A DNA stretch of 64,000 nt, taken from an uncultured Candidatus Rokubacteria bacterium (GTDB lineage Bacteria; Methylomirabilota; Methylomirabilia; Rokubacteriales; CSP1-6). A model generated the notes under the pieces. The model was not told the DNA's origin and made no database searches. It saw only the letters and a program-made list of their open reading frames with translations. Position numbers and translations under genes: made by a program. Below, piece after piece: positions 19,281 through 30,223 of this stretch (positions within the stretch are counted from its first letter, which is position 1; each line of letters begins with the position of its first letter). The stretch is from assembly GCA_963754315.1 (NCBI GenBank), contig CAVWFS010000019.1:800001-864000 (forward strand), given 5' to 3'.

Positions 19281-21227
19281 TCAGTGACCGTCGCCGTGCG
19301 CGCACGTTCCGTGAGGCATCGGCCGGGCCACGTCCAGGGCCGGGTTGCGGTCGAAGAAACCAACCGGCTTGAGCATGAACCCGATGCAGGTGACCGGCAT
19401 CACCGGCCAGTCTTCGGGACGCACGACGTGATGGGCACCGAAGGTGTACCACACCACCACGTCGGTGTCCTCGAGCGGCCCGTCGTCCTGGACGTACGAG
19501 GGAAGCCCGGCGCCACCCGGGTGCTGATTCGGATAGTCGCCCGCCGCGTACCTCTCCCTCGGATCGTAGCGGGTAACCCAGAGATGCTTGGTCATGAAGG
19601 CTGCGCGCTTGGTGACAGAAGCCTCCCGCCCGGCGAAGGGAAGCACGTTTTCTCCGGGCATCAGCTTGTAGCCAACGGGCTGGCCGAGCCGGTTCCGCAC
19701 CGAGGGATTGACGATCTTCCAGAAGCGCCCGGCGAGCGGATCAATGAGACGCTGGGCCCGTGACTCGCGATCCAGCAAGGTGGCCTCGGTATGGAAGGCA
19801 TTGTGATGCGGATTCTCGGGGCCGGGCGGGTCGGCCACCGTGTTGACCTCGAAGACCGAGTTCCCGAGCCCGTCCACCATCGTGTCGAGCCGCACGTTGA
19901 AGAAGTGCTGGTGGATGGGTCCGTACACCTGGGGCGCCACCAGCTCGCCCCACCGGGGTTGCTCCCCTGGCATGACGGCGCCGTTCGAGATGATCCCGGT
20001 GAGCTTCACCTCGAGCTGGATGGTCCCATCCTGATAGAAATACCAGTAGAAGCCGTACTCGTAGTTGCCAACGGTGGCGATGAACGAAACCACCAGCCGG
20101 CGGGAGCGTCGCACCTCGGTGTACCCTGTCCGCCAGTCGTGGTGCTTCCAGAGGATGCCGTCGTCCTCCTCGTGCAGGCAGATGACATTCTTCAAGGTCA
20201 GCGGCGCGCCCTGGCTATCGTTGACGACGGCGTCCAGATAGCGAATCTCCCCCAGGCAGTCGCAACCCAGTTCCAGCGAGTTGGCGAGGTAGCCGATTCC
20301 GTACTCGCCCACGTCGAAGGCGTTGCGGTGAAAGAAGGTCGGCCGTGGATCGCCGTAGGGCACGACCATGTCGACCACGGACGCGCGATAGAGGATCGGC
20401 CTCGCCCGGCCCTGATCGTGATACGTCACTGTGTGGAGCACCAACCCCTCACGCGGGGTGAAGCCCAGACGCATCTGCCATTTCTGCCAGGACAGCTCGT
20501 GGCCGTGAAGTTCGAAGCTCGGCCCCTCCTCCTGGTGAATGGTGAGGGGTCTCAGGCCCGGACGCGTTCCGGCGACCTCCGGAGAGTAGTTCGCATCCTC
20601 GGGCGGCAAGGGCACCACACCGTAGTCCTCCACGTCGACGACGGTCATGGTGTGCAAGTCAACCACGGTGATGAGGTTGGCCACCGGCCGCGCGTAGCCG
20701 TTATCGTTTGGGCTCCGTCGGACCCAGGTCAACGCACGGACCAGGCGTCGCCCCTCCTCGCCCTTGATGCCGAAGTTTCCGGCCGACCACGGATCGACCA
20801 TGGCCAGGCTAAAGTCGGTGAGGCCCCGCTTGCGCATGGCCTCCTGCCAGCGGGGATCGGCGCGCACGGCAGCTTCCGCCTCGAAGAACTCGTCGAAGAC
20901 GATGGACGGCTGCGCACCCGGGACATGCTCCCAGGCCAGCACCTGCTCACGGGTCAAGGAGACAATGGCCTCGTAAGTCTTCCCGACCGCGGAGTCGATG
21001 AGCACGATGAAGGCCGCACGCTCCAGAGGGTGATCGGGCTGGTGGCTGAGGACGATTTCCTTGGCAGGCTCCTGCAGAGCGATGGAAATGACGCGCGGGC
21101 GGGGGCCCACGGGGCGCTGTCTCCGGAGAATGTCCCAGGCCAAGCTGATCTCGTCAGCGCCGAGTGGATCCAGTGGATGAGCAACGTCCCGGCGAGCCTC
21201 AGTGATGGCACTCATCGTCCTCTCCAT
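19281..21227 (-). CDS. tynA: Copper amine oxidase (primary-amine oxidase)
   Basis: TVGNYEY TPQ motif, HQH copper ligands, HVVRPEDWPVMP, CDCLG; no signal peptide. Confidence 0.93.
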   Translation of the reverse strand: MERTMSAITEARRDVAHPLDPLGADEISLAWDILRRQRPVGPRPRVISIALQEPAKEIVLSHQPDHPLERAAFIVLIDSAVGKTYEAIVSLTREQVLAWEHVPGAQPSIVFDEFFEAEAAVRADPRWQEAMRKRGLTDFSLAMVDPWSAGNFGIKGEEGRRLVRALTWVRRSPNDNGYARPVANLITVVDLHTMTVVDVEDYGVVPLPPEDANYSPEVAGTRPGLRPLTIHQEEGPSFELHGHELSWQKWQMRLGFTPREGLVLHTVTYHDQGRARPILYRASVVDMVVPYGDPRPTFFHRNAFDVGEYGIGYLANSLELGCDCLGEIRYLDAVVNDSQGAPLTLKNVICLHEEDDGILWKHHDWRTGYTEVRRSRRLVVSFIATVGNYEYGFYWYFYQDGTIQLEVKLTGIISNGAVMPGEQPRWGELVAPQVYGPIHQHFFNVRLDTMVDGLGNSVFEVNTVADPPGPENPHHNAFHTEATLLDRESRAQRLIDPLAGRFWKIVNPSVRNRLGQPVGYKLMPGENVLPFAGREASVTKRAAFMTKHLWVTRYDPRERYAAGDYPNQHPGGAGLPSYVQDDGPLEDTDVVVWYTFGAHHVVRPEDWPVMPVTCIGFMLKPVGFFDRNPALDVARPMPHGTCAHGDGH

Positions 21228-21265
21228 GCTCGCGTTCGATCATGATCTGGTTACCCCAACCCTTC

Positions 21266-22933
21266 TCAGACCGCAGCGCCGGCGGCGCGGAAGGCTTTGG
21301 CGATGATCGCTTGCGCTTCGTCCTGGATGCGGCGCAGATGGCTCTCGCCCTTGAAGCTCTCGGCGTAGATCTTGTACACAGCTTCCGTCCCCGACGGACG
21401 GGCAGCGAACCATCCGTGCTCGGTGACGACCTTGACGCCCCCGATGGGAAGCTGGTCGCCGGGGGCCGCTGTCAGCACGTCCTGCACCGGCGCTCCTGCC
21501 AACTCCTTGATGCGGAGATCGGCGCCCGTGAGCTTGGCGAGCGCCGCCTTCTCTTCGGGGGTCGCCTGGGCGTCGATGCGCTCGTAGGCGGGATCGCCGA
21601 ACTCGCGCGTGAGGTCCCGATACCACTCACCCGGCTCGCGGCCGGTGCGGGCCGTCATCTCGGCGGCGAGCAGACCCAGGATCAGTCCGTCCTTGTCGGT
21701 GGTCCACACCGTCCCGTCGCGACGCAGGAACGCGCCCCCGGCACTCTCTTCGCCTCCAAAGCCCAGCGAGCCGTCGAGCAAGCCGTCGACAAAGTACTTG
21801 AAGCCGACCGGAACCTCCAGAAGCCGGCGACCCAGCCGAGCTGCCACTCGATCGATCATGCTGCTACTCACGACGGTCTTGCCCACGGCCACCGTCGGCT
21901 TCCACCCCGGACGATGACGGAAGAGATAGTCGATGGCCACCGCCAGGTAGTGGTTGGGGTTCATGAGCCCGGCGGCGCGGCTCACGATCCCGTGCCGGTC
22001 GGCGTCGGTGTCGTTGGCGAAAGCGAGATCGAACTGATCGCGCAAGCCGATGAGGCGCGCCATCGCGTACCGCGACGAGGGGTCCATCCGGATCTCGCCG
22101 TCCCAGTCCACGGTCATGAACCGGAAGGTGGGATCCACCACATGGTTGACCACCTCCAGGCCGAACCCGTAGCGCTCCCCGATCGGCTCCCAGTAGTCCA
22201 CGCTGGCCCCGCCGAGCGGGTCGACTCCAATCTTCAGGGTCGTGCCCCTCAGCGCATCCATGTCGAGCACGCTTCCAAGGGCGCCGACGTAGGTGTTCAG
22301 ATAGTCAAAGGGGTGCATGGTGGCCAGTCGCCGGGCCCGGTCGTAGGGGACCCGGTCCACACCCCGCAATCCGTCCGCGAGCAACGAGTTGGCCGTGTTC
22401 TCGATCCACGTCGTGACACTCGTGTCAGCGGGGCCGCCAGAGGGCGGATTGTACTTGAAGCCGCCATACTCGGGGGGATTGTGGGAGGGTGTGATGACGA
22501 TGCCGTCCGCCAGGCCCGTCGTGCGCCGGCGATTGTAAGTGAGGATGGCCTCCGAGATCACCGGGGTCGGTGTCGCGCCATCCTTGACATCGAGCATCAC
22601 CTCGACCCCATGGGCCGCCAGCACCTCGAGGGCGCTGGCCCGAGCCGGTTCGGACAGCGCGTGCGTGTCCCAGCCCAGGAAGAGCGGTCCGTCGATCCTC
22701 TGATCCTTCCGGTAGAGACAGATTGCTTGGGTGATGGCGAGAATGTGCCCTTCGTTGAAGCCGACCTTCAGCGAAGAGCCTCGGTGGCCAGAAGTCCCGA
22801 AGGTCACGCGCTGCTCTCGCACGGAGGGATCCGGGCGCTCGGTGTAATACGCCGTGACCAGCTTCGGCACATTGACCAGGAGAGCGAGAGGAGCCGGCTT
22901 CCCGGCCAGCGGGTGGACGGTCGGAGCACTCAT
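21266..22933 (-). CDS. pgm: Phosphoglucomutase (alpha-D-glucose-1,6-bisphosphate dependent)
   Basis: [39 protein letters not shown]. Confidence 0.96.
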   Translation of the reverse strand: MSAPTVHPLAGKPAPLALLVNVPKLVTAYYTERPDPSVREQRVTFGTSGHRGSSLKVGFNEGHILAITQAICLYRKDQRIDGPLFLGWDTHALSEPARASALEVLAAHGVEVMLDVKDGATPTPVISEAILTYNRRRTTGLADGIVITPSHNPPEYGGFKYNPPSGGPADTSVTTWIENTANSLLADGLRGVDRVPYDRARRLATMHPFDYLNTYVGALGSVLDMDALRGTTLKIGVDPLGGASVDYWEPIGERYGFGLEVVNHVVDPTFRFMTVDWDGEIRMDPSSRYAMARLIGLRDQFDLAFANDTDADRHGIVSRAAGLMNPNHYLAVAIDYLFRHRPGWKPTVAVGKTVVSSSMIDRVAARLGRRLLEVPVGFKYFVDGLLDGSLGFGGEESAGGAFLRRDGTVWTTDKDGLILGLLAAEMTARTGREPGEWYRDLTREFGDPAYERIDAQATPEEKAALAKLTGADLRIKELAGAPVQDVLTAAPGDQLPIGGVKVVTEHGWFAARPSGTEAVYKIYAESFKGESHLRRIQDEAQAIIAKAFRAAGAAV

Positions 22934-23024
22934 GCCTCACTCCATACGCAGTCGTGCGCACTGGACGTCGATGCGGCTCGCGTTCCGTGGGGCAAACGGA
23001 TGCATACCGGCCCCACGATAGCTG

Positions 23025-24069
23025 TCACTCGCCCCGGGAGCAAGGGAGCGAAGATGCTCCCCCTCCCTCCTCTCGGGCGTGTGTGTGCCAGACGAGCTCC
23101 GCCCCATGCGGATGGGCGACGGCCAGGAACTCGTCCGACCGACGCCCATGCGCAAAGTGCGTACGGCCGAGCAGGAAGGAACCAGCACGGCGAGATGGCA
23201 CCAGGGCCGCAATCTCGGGAACCACGCCGGAGCCTTCATTCGACACCCACACGATGTCCCGCCGCTCGGATGCCGCGGCCATCACACGGGCAAAGGCCGC
23301 CCGCCGTTCCGGAGTCACATAGCTGAGAACCGCGGAGTGAACGACCACCAGTTGTCCATCCGCGGGTGCCTCGTCCAGCAGGGCTGGAAGGTCGTCGAGC
23401 AGGTCTCCCGCACGGACGAGAGGCGGCTCGGTTCTGGCCAGCTCGAGCGCCGCCTGCAGCCGCTGGCGGCGCTCATGGTGATCCGGCCACACGGACGCCA
23501 GCAACCAGCGAACTGCGTCATCGTCGCGCACGTCGATCGGACGGAGATCGAGACCACAGCGCCAGACAATCCTCGGAACGGCCGGGGGGAGCGGAGTGGG
23601 ACCAGCCAGCGCGCACTTCACGTGCACGCGCGACGAGGCTAGCCCAATCCGAGTCGATCCAAAATCGTAGTAGAACTGGTCGAGGAGCAGACACAGCCCG
23701 GCGCTTGCTCCGACCTCGACGAGGACCAGCGGTCCGGACGGCAGAGCGGGAAGCAACACGGCGCAGCGCCCAACCTCGTTCGTCTGCGTCCGCCGCGATC
23801 GCATCAGCCCGCCAACCTCGCCGCCGTACCGCCTCAAGAACGCCCTCAGCTCGGGACCAGTGCGCGGCATGCGGTCCGGACCGGTTAGGAACTGGATGGA
23901 CGCAAAGAAGAGATTCGGCTGGATGACGGGCATGTCGGCGAGGAAGCTGACCACGTCGTCGTCCGCGGCGACGGCGAGCGCGAGCCGGTAGTAGGCCTCC
24001 GAGTAGCCCTTGCACTCCAGCTCGGCAAACCGTCGATACGTGAGGACGATGTCAGTAGGAGTCGTTCAT
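23025..24069 (-). CDS. DUF2332 family protein; probable start 24069 with a 1-nt indel right after the ATG
   Basis: TQTNEVGR, EVGASAGL, G.DLRP, HSAVLSY, AHPHG motifs. The frame stays open upstream to T-P-T-D-I-V-L-T-Y-R-R-F-A-E. Confidence 0.8.
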
Positions 24070-24151
24070 CGGTTGCGTGAGCTCGAGGCTAGGGCCTACT
24101 ATCCATTTCCACCGACGAAATGCCGAAGACGGGCAGGAATGGAGAAGAGCG

Positions 24152-25096
24152 ATGAAGAATCTTATCGTGGGCGTACACGTCGCCGGCACCAACGTGACCA
24201 AGCTCATCGATGGCATCACGGCGGCCGAACGGGCGGGCATTCAGTGCGCATGGATGACGTGTGGCGGTGTCGCTCCCGATCCATTGGTGGTCTTCGCGGC
24301 CGCTGCGCTGCGGACAACCCGCATCCTGCTCGGGACCTCCATCATCCCGACTTTCCCCCGCCATCCCCTGGCGCTCGTCCAGGGCGCCGTCGCGCTGGAC
24401 GCCCTGGCCCCAGGCCGCCTCCGGCTTGGCGTCGGTCCGAGCCACAAGCCGTCGATCGAGGGCACGTGGGGCATTCCGTTCGAGCGGCCGCAGGAGCACT
24501 TGCGGGAGTATCTCACCATTCTTCGGACCGCCCTGAACGGCGGGAAGGTGGACTTCGATGGCAAGCGCCTGAAGGGCCACGCTCAGCTTCCGGGCCCCAC
24601 CCGGGTAACGGTGATGGCGTCGGCCCTGCGGGCCATTGGCTTTCGCACCTGCGGCGAGCTGGCCGACGGCGCGATCTCGTGGGTGTGCCCTTTGCCGTAC
24701 CTTCGCGACGTCGCCGTCCCGGCGCTCCGGGAAGGCGCCGCCAAGGCCGGCCGGGCGACGCCGCCCCTGATCGTCCACGTTCCCGTCGCGGTAACCGAGG
24801 ACACGGGCGCCGTCCGCAAAGGGGCAACCGAGCAGCTCGGCCGGTACCCGCGCGTCCCGTATTACTCGCAGATGTTCCAGGACGCCGGATTCCCGGAGGC
24901 CAAGGACGGCCAGCTGTCCGACCGCATGATCGACGCGCTGGTCGTCCACGGCAACGCCGCCCACGTTAAGGAGCGCTTGCGCCAGCTTCCGTCGTTCGGG
25001 GCCGATGAGCTGCTCGCCATGCCGATCCTGCCGTCGGGGGACGACCAGGCGCTCGCCCGCACGCTCGCGGCACTCGGCGAGCTGGCCGCCGAGTAG
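24152..25096 (+). CDS. LLM-class flavin-dependent oxidoreductase
   Basis: AERAG, LGTSIIPTFPRHP, GRLRLGVGPSH, GELADG. Confidence 0.9.
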   Translation: MKNLIVGVHVAGTNVTKLIDGITAAERAGIQCAWMTCGGVAPDPLVVFAAAALRTTRILLGTSIIPTFPRHPLALVQGAVALDALAPGRLRLGVGPSHKPSIEGTWGIPFERPQEHLREYLTILRTALNGGKVDFDGKRLKGHAQLPGPTRVTVMASALRAIGFRTCGELADGAISWVCPLPYLRDVAVPALREGAAKAGRATPPLIVHVPVAVTEDTGAVRKGATEQLGRYPRVPYYSQMFQDAGFPEAKDGQLSDRMIDALVVHGNAAHVKERLRQLPSFGADELLAMPILPSGDDQALARTLAALGELAAE

Positions 25097-25167
25097 CGCA
25101 GACCGCGCCGTGCTCAACGCTTGACCCCGACCGCCCCTGGATACAGACTGCCCTCGGGGGAGGCAGG

Positions 25168-25440
25168 ATGGCGCTCTTCAAGGCGGAGAAGAAGCCGCCC
25201 CGAGCGGGGGCAGCCGGCAAGTGGGATGTCGTCGTCAGCGAGGACATGTGCAAGGCGTGCGGTTTCTGCCTCGGCATCTGTCCCGTCCCCGTGTTCGAGT
25301 ACCGGAAGGTGCCCAACAAGCTCGGCTGGTTCCCCATGTACGTGAAGCACGAGGAAAACTGCATCGGCTGCATGCTGTGCTACCAGATCTGCCCCGATTT
25401 CTGCATCCAGGTCTCGGTGAAGGCCGGCGCGGCGCCATGA
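25168..25440 (+). CDS. 2[4Fe-4S] ferredoxin, OFOR delta subunit
   Basis: CKACGFCLGICP and CIGCMLCYQICP. Confidence 0.9.
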   Translation: MALFKAEKKPPRAGAAGKWDVVVSEDMCKACGFCLGICPVPVFEYRKVPNKLGWFPMYVKHEENCIGCMLCYQICPDFCIQVSVKAGAAP

Positions 25441-26666
25441 TCGCCGTCGTGCACGAGGGCCTCGTGGCCCCCTGGACGGAGTGGGAGCGGCAGTGCCAGA
25501 ACGGGCGGCGCCTGCTGGAGGCAGGAACGTACGCGCTGACCGAAGGCGCCATCGCCGCCGGCTGTCGCGTGTTCGCTGGCTATCCGATCACGCCAGCCAC
25601 CGACATCGCCGAGTACATGTCAAAGCGGCTGCCCCAGGTCGGCGGCTACTACGTTCAGTGCGAGGACGAGTTGGCAGGCATGCACGCGTGCGCGGGGGCA
25701 AGCCTCGGCGGACTCAAGGCGATGACGGCCACCTCCGGTCCCGGCTACACGCTCATGCACGACGCCTATGGCTGGTCGATCACCAACGAGATCCCCCTCG
25801 TGGTGGTGGACGCCATGCGCGTGGGGCCCATCAGCGGGATCACCGGCGCTCCCGGGCAGGGCGAGTTCTACATCGCCCGCTACGCCTCCCACGGCGGCAA
25901 TTTCGAGACGATCGTCGTGTCGCCATCGTCCGTGCAGGAGGCGTTTTGGCTCACCATCGATGCCTTCAACCTGTCGGAGCGGTTCCGGACCCCGGTCACC
26001 ATCCTCACCGACCAGGTCGTTTCCGACATGTGGGAGGACCTCTTCATCCCGGCGGAGTATGAGTCGCTCGAGTTCGTCCTTCCGCGCAAGCACAACGTCA
26101 TGATGCCGTTCTATCCAGTAGGCTCCGCCGACATCGACGTGCCGCCGAACGTGATCGGCCACGGAAGCGGTGTGTGTGTATCGGCGTACACGCATACCGA
26201 AGAGGGTTACGACATCGAGGAGATGGAGGCCCAGTGGGCCCAGACGTACCGCCTCGTGAACAAGATCCGTCATCACATGGATCAGCTCGCCCGCTACGAA
26301 ACCCTCGGGCTGGAGGACGCGGAGGTTGTGGCGGTGGCCTACGGGGCCAACGCTCGCACGGTGAAGACGGGGGTGCGGGAGGCGCGGCGGCGCGGGGTGC
26401 GGGCCGGATTCATCCGCCCCATCACGCTCTGGCCCTTCCTCGACGAGCTGTTCGAGCGGGACTGCGCCTACGTGGTCTGCGAGCTGAACTATGACGGGCA
26501 ACTCGTGCGGGAAGTCCAGCGTGCGGCTCCCGACAAGCGCAAGGTCCACTTCATGGGCAAGAGCGCCGAGCTGCACACGGTGGCCGAGGTGGCGGCGGGC
26601 CTGGAAGGTGTGGCCCGCGCAGGTCGCGTGCCCGAGCTGCCTTACATATGGACGCAGATCCGCTGA
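25437..26666 (+). CDS. 2-oxoacid:ferredoxin oxidoreductase alpha subunit
   Basis: GYPITP, EDE, TATSGPG motifs; ATGA overlap with the ferredoxin. Confidence 0.92.
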   Translation: MIAVVHEGLVAPWTEWERQCQNGRRLLEAGTYALTEGAIAAGCRVFAGYPITPATDIAEYMSKRLPQVGGYYVQCEDELAGMHACAGASLGGLKAMTATSGPGYTLMHDAYGWSITNEIPLVVVDAMRVGPISGITGAPGQGEFYIARYASHGGNFETIVVSPSSVQEAFWLTIDAFNLSERFRTPVTILTDQVVSDMWEDLFIPAEYESLEFVLPRKHNVMMPFYPVGSADIDVPPNVIGHGSGVCVSAYTHTEEGYDIEEMEAQWAQTYRLVNKIRHHMDQLARYETLGLEDAEVVAVAYGANARTVKTGVREARRRGVRAGFIRPITLWPFLDELFERDCAYVVCELNYDGQLVREVQRAAPDKRKVHFMGKSAELHTVAEVAAGLEGVARAGRVPELPYIWTQIR

Positions 26667-26693
26667 GACGGACGCGTCGGGAGATCCCCTGAG

Positions 26694-27527
26694 ATGAACA
26701 AGCTGGCGGCGAAGTACCTCCGTCCCAGTCAGATCCCCACCAAAGCCTGCCATGGCTGCGGGATCGGGATGATCGAGAACTGGCTCTTGCAGGCCATCGA
26801 CGAGCTCGGCCTCAAACAGGAGGACGTCATCTTCGGGACCGGCATCGGCTGTGTGGGCCGGCAGACCTTCGCCACCTGGGGCGGCGACAATTTCGGCGCC
26901 ACCCATGGCCGCGCCCTCGCTGTCGCCACCGGCCTCAAGCTGGCCCAGCCCGACAAGACATATCTGATCGTGGTCGGCGACGGTGACGCGGCTTCCATCG
27001 GGACCTCTCACCTGATCCACGCCGCGCGCCGCAACCTCGGGGTCACGGTGATTTGCGAGGACAACATGGGCTACGAGTCCACCGGCGGCCAGTTCTCGCC
27101 GACCACACCCGCGGGCTACGTCACGAACTCGAGCCCCTACGGCATGGTCGAACCGGGCTTCGATCCCTGTGACGTCGTGAAGGCGGCCGGGGCCACTTTC
27201 GTGGCGGAAACGACGGCTACCCAGTGGCACCAGACGGTCAAGATCGTGAAGAAGGCCCTCCAGAACGACGGCTTCTCCTTCGTCCACGTCCGCTTCCCCT
27301 GTAACGAGAACTTCGGGGCCTACGCGCTGGGTACCCGGGACACCCTGAAGAACCTCGAGTGGATCTACGAGCACACGCAGGGTCGCAAGAGCGACGGCAG
27401 CGAAACCGATTTCGTGTGGGAGACCGGCATCAAGCACGATGCCTCCAACAGCCGGCCGGAGTTCTCCAAGGTCATGCGCGACATGAACGCGCGCGTGAAG
27501 GCAGACATGGAGGCGAAGAAGCGTTGA
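26694..27527 (+). CDS. 2-oxoacid:ferredoxin oxidoreductase beta subunit (ThDP-binding)
   Basis: CHGCG, GIGC, HGRA, GDGD...N, TGGQFSPTT, PC. Confidence 0.92.
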   Translation: MNKLAAKYLRPSQIPTKACHGCGIGMIENWLLQAIDELGLKQEDVIFGTGIGCVGRQTFATWGGDNFGATHGRALAVATGLKLAQPDKTYLIVVGDGDAASIGTSHLIHAARRNLGVTVICEDNMGYESTGGQFSPTTPAGYVTNSSPYGMVEPGFDPCDVVKAAGATFVAETTATQWHQTVKIVKKALQNDGFSFVHVRFPCNENFGAYALGTRDTLKNLEWIYEHTQGRKSDGSETDFVWETGIKHDASNSRPEFSKVMRDMNARVKADMEAKKR

Positions 27528-28078
27528 CCGTCACCCCGACCAAGACGCGGACGGAGATCCTCATCTCCGGCTTCGGAGGCCAGGGTGTGGTCCGCATGGG
27601 CCAGATCCTGGGTCTCTGCGCCATCAATCAGGGCCATCGGGTGACGATGCTCAAGAGCCACGGCACCGAGACGCGCGGCGGCTATGTGCGGGCCCAGCTT
27701 GTGATCTCGCCCGAGGACGTCGACAGCCCCGTGGTCGAGCACGCGGACGTCTTCGTCGCTTTCTCCCAGCCGGCCTACCGGCGGTTCTACGACCACTGCG
27801 ATGGCAAGGTCCTGTACGACCCCGAGATGGTGGAGGACGTGCACGGCGACGCCCCCGAACGCCACGTGGCTGTGCCGGCCACCCAGCTCTCCAAGGAGAA
27901 GTTCGCGAACCAGCTCTTCGCGAACATGATCATGCTGGGCGCCCTCACCCGCATCGCCGCGCTCGACTACGAGGCCATGCGTCAGGCCATGCTCGCGGTG
28001 ATCCCGCGCTTTCACGAGCAGAACCTGGCCGCCCTCGAGCTCGGCCACACCCTTCCCGTCGTCAGCTCCCCCTCCTGA
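27524..28078 (+). CDS. 2-oxoacid:ferredoxin oxidoreductase gamma subunit
   Basis: SGFGGQG, GTETRGG, ANMIMLG, NLAALELG; TTGA overlap. Confidence 0.9.
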   Translation: MTVTPTKTRTEILISGFGGQGVVRMGQILGLCAINQGHRVTMLKSHGTETRGGYVRAQLVISPEDVDSPVVEHADVFVAFSQPAYRRFYDHCDGKVLYDPEMVEDVHGDAPERHVAVPATQLSKEKFANQLFANMIMLGALTRIAALDYEAMRQAMLAVIPRFHEQNLAALELGHTLPVVSSPS

Positions 28079-28085
28079 TCCCTGC

Positions 28086-29723
28086 ATGGTCGAGCCCGCG
28101 CGCGCGAGCGGCGGACGTCCCTGGGACAACGCGTGGCCGCCGCACCTGGCATACGGGCTCGACTACCCGGCCGTCCCCGCCTGGTGGCTCCTCGAGCGAA
28201 ACCTGCCAAGCTTCGCCGCGCGCATCGCACTACGCGAGGTGGACCCCGAGACGCTCGCGGAGGGACGTGTGCTCACGTACGAGCAGCTCGTGCGCGCCGC
28301 CCGCGGCATCGCCACCGGCCTACGCGGGCTCGGGGTGGGGCGGAACACGCGCGTCGGATACTGTCTGCCCAATGGCGCCCCGCTAATCCTCGGCTACTAC
28401 GCCACCTGGTGGGCGGGGGGGACCGTGGTGCCCACGAACCCCGGGGCCCGTCCCACCGAGGTCGAGCAACTGCTGGGGGACGCCGATGTCGCGCTCGTCG
28501 TCGGCCTCGCCCACGGGGCCGGCCAGGTGGCCGCCGAGCGGCTCCGCGTGCCCTTCGTGGACCTCGGCGCCTTCGCGGCCATGGAGCAGCTCGATCCTGC
28601 CTTACCAGCGCCGTCCGGCCCCGCCGACGACATCGCGGTGCTGCTCTACACGGGTGGTACCACCGGCACGCCAAAGGGGGCGATGCTCACCCACCGCAAC
28701 ATCGTCACCAACACCGTGCAGTTCGCGCAGTGGTACGCCTTCGTGCCGGGTGAGGAGACATCGATCGGCGCGATCCCGTTCTTCCATTCGGGAGGCATGT
28801 CAGGGGCGATGAACGTTCCCCTCTCGGCGGGGGCGACGCTCATTGTCTTTGCACGCTTCCGGGCCGCCAGTGTGGCACGGGCGGTCGGTCGCTACGGAGT
28901 CACGCGTCTGTTCGGGGTGCCGACGATGTACATCGCGCTGCTCGACGACACTGAGGGTCGCCGCACCGACTACTCCAGGCTCCGCGCCTGTCGTACCAAT
29001 GCGGCCCCCCTTCCGCCGAGCGTGAAGGCGGCCTTTGACGGGCTGGTGGGACGCGAAGTGCTCGTCGAGGGTTATGGCCTCACCGAGACGAGCCCGCTCA
29101 CGCACGCCAACCCCATCCATCGCGCCAAGCCCGGTTCCATCGGGATTCCGCTGCCGGACACCGATGCGCGGATTGTCGATCTCGTATCGGGGGCAGAGGT
29201 CGTGCCGGGTGAGGCGGGTGAGCTCCTCATTCGCGGACCGCAAGTCATGCGTGGTTACTGGCGTCGTCCGGACGAGACGGCGCGCACCATGGCCGACGGT
29301 TGGCTCCGCACGGGTGACGTCGCCACCATGGATGCCGACGGCTACTTCGCCATCGTCGACCGCGCCAAGGACATGATCAACACGGCCGGCTTCAAGGTGT
29401 GGCCGCGCGAGGTGGAGGAGGTCATCTATGGGCACGAGGCGGTGAAGCTGGCGGTGGTCGTGGGCATGCCTGACGACTACCGTGGTGAGGTCGTGAAGGC
29501 GTTCGTGGTGTTGAAGGAGGATCGGCGGCACCGCGTGAGCGCGGCGGAGATTCTCGAGTTCTGTCGCGCTCGCCTGTCCACGTACAAGGTCCCGCGCGTC
29601 CTCGAGTTCCGGACGGAGCTTCCCCTGAGCGGCGCCGGCAAGCTGCTGCGCCGCGCGCTCCGTGACGAGGCCCTGGCCGCTCCATCGCTGGTATCGATCC
29701 CCGATCAGGGAGGACGCGCATGA
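28086..29723 (+). CDS. Long-chain acyl-CoA ligase (AMP-forming)
   Basis: YTGGTTGTPKG, EGYGLTE, WLRTGD, DRAKDMI, GKLLR. Confidence 0.93.
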   Translation: MVEPARASGGRPWDNAWPPHLAYGLDYPAVPAWWLLERNLPSFAARIALREVDPETLAEGRVLTYEQLVRAARGIATGLRGLGVGRNTRVGYCLPNGAPLILGYYATWWAGGTVVPTNPGARPTEVEQLLGDADVALVVGLAHGAGQVAAERLRVPFVDLGAFAAMEQLDPALPAPSGPADDIAVLLYTGGTTGTPKGAMLTHRNIVTNTVQFAQWYAFVPGEETSIGAIPFFHSGGMSGAMNVPLSAGATLIVFARFRAASVARAVGRYGVTRLFGVPTMYIALLDDTEGRRTDYSRLRACRTNAAPLPPSVKAAFDGLVGREVLVEGYGLTETSPLTHANPIHRAKPGSIGIPLPDTDARIVDLVSGAEVVPGEAGELLIRGPQVMRGYWRRPDETARTMADGWLRTGDVATMDADGYFAIVDRAKDMINTAGFKVWPREVEEVIYGHEAVKLAVVVGMPDDYRGEVVKAFVVLKEDRRHRVSAAEILEFCRARLSTYKVPRVLEFRTELPLSGAGKLLRRALRDEALAAPSLVSIPDQGGRA

Positions 29724-30132
29724 AGACGCTTCTCCTCGTGCTGATCCTGGTCCTTGCCGGGCCCGCGGCCGGCCAGGAGAAGTATCCATCTCGCCCCGTT
29801 GACTTCATCGTGACATGGGGTACCGGTGGCGGCGCCGAGTCGTGTTCTGCTTCCTGGGCGCCTTCGCGCTCCGCAACGACATGGCCGACGTGTGGCTGAC
29901 CATGCTCTTCGGGGTGGCCGGCTTCGTCATGCGCCGCTGGGATCTGCCCATTCCGCCCCTCGTGATGGGTATCATCCTGGGACCGATGGCCGAGGGGTAC
30001 TTCCTCACCAGCATGGTGGCGAACGGCAACGACCTCAGCGTGTTCGTCACGCGTCCGGTCAGTGCCGTGGTGCTGGCGCTGGCGGCGGCCATGCTTGTGT
30101 GGCCCGTGGTCAAAGGCTCATGGCGGGGGTAG
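29720..30132 (+). pseudogene. Deleted tripartite tricarboxylate transporter operon: 5' end of tctC (Bug) joined out of frame to 3' end of tctA
   Basis: 29720: MKTLLLVLILVLAGPAAGQEKYPSRPVDFIVTWGTGGGA (Bug N-terminus). From about 29839 another frame reads VVFCFLGAFALRN..FGVAGFVMRR..PLVMGIILGPMAE (TctA C-terminus). Confidence 0.85.
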
Positions 30133-30223
30133 GATCTCCACACGACCTGATTACTCATGAACGAGGAGCCGGTGAAGCGAGCGACGGGCGCGGCATCGCC
30201 CCTTATCGGCCACGGAGGACGGG

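Noticed and set aside
8559..27437. Long antisense ORFs (e.g. 8559..10727, 21242..23326, 25620..27437)
   Set aside because: Shadow frames of high-GC genes on the opposite strand, with no protein motifs.
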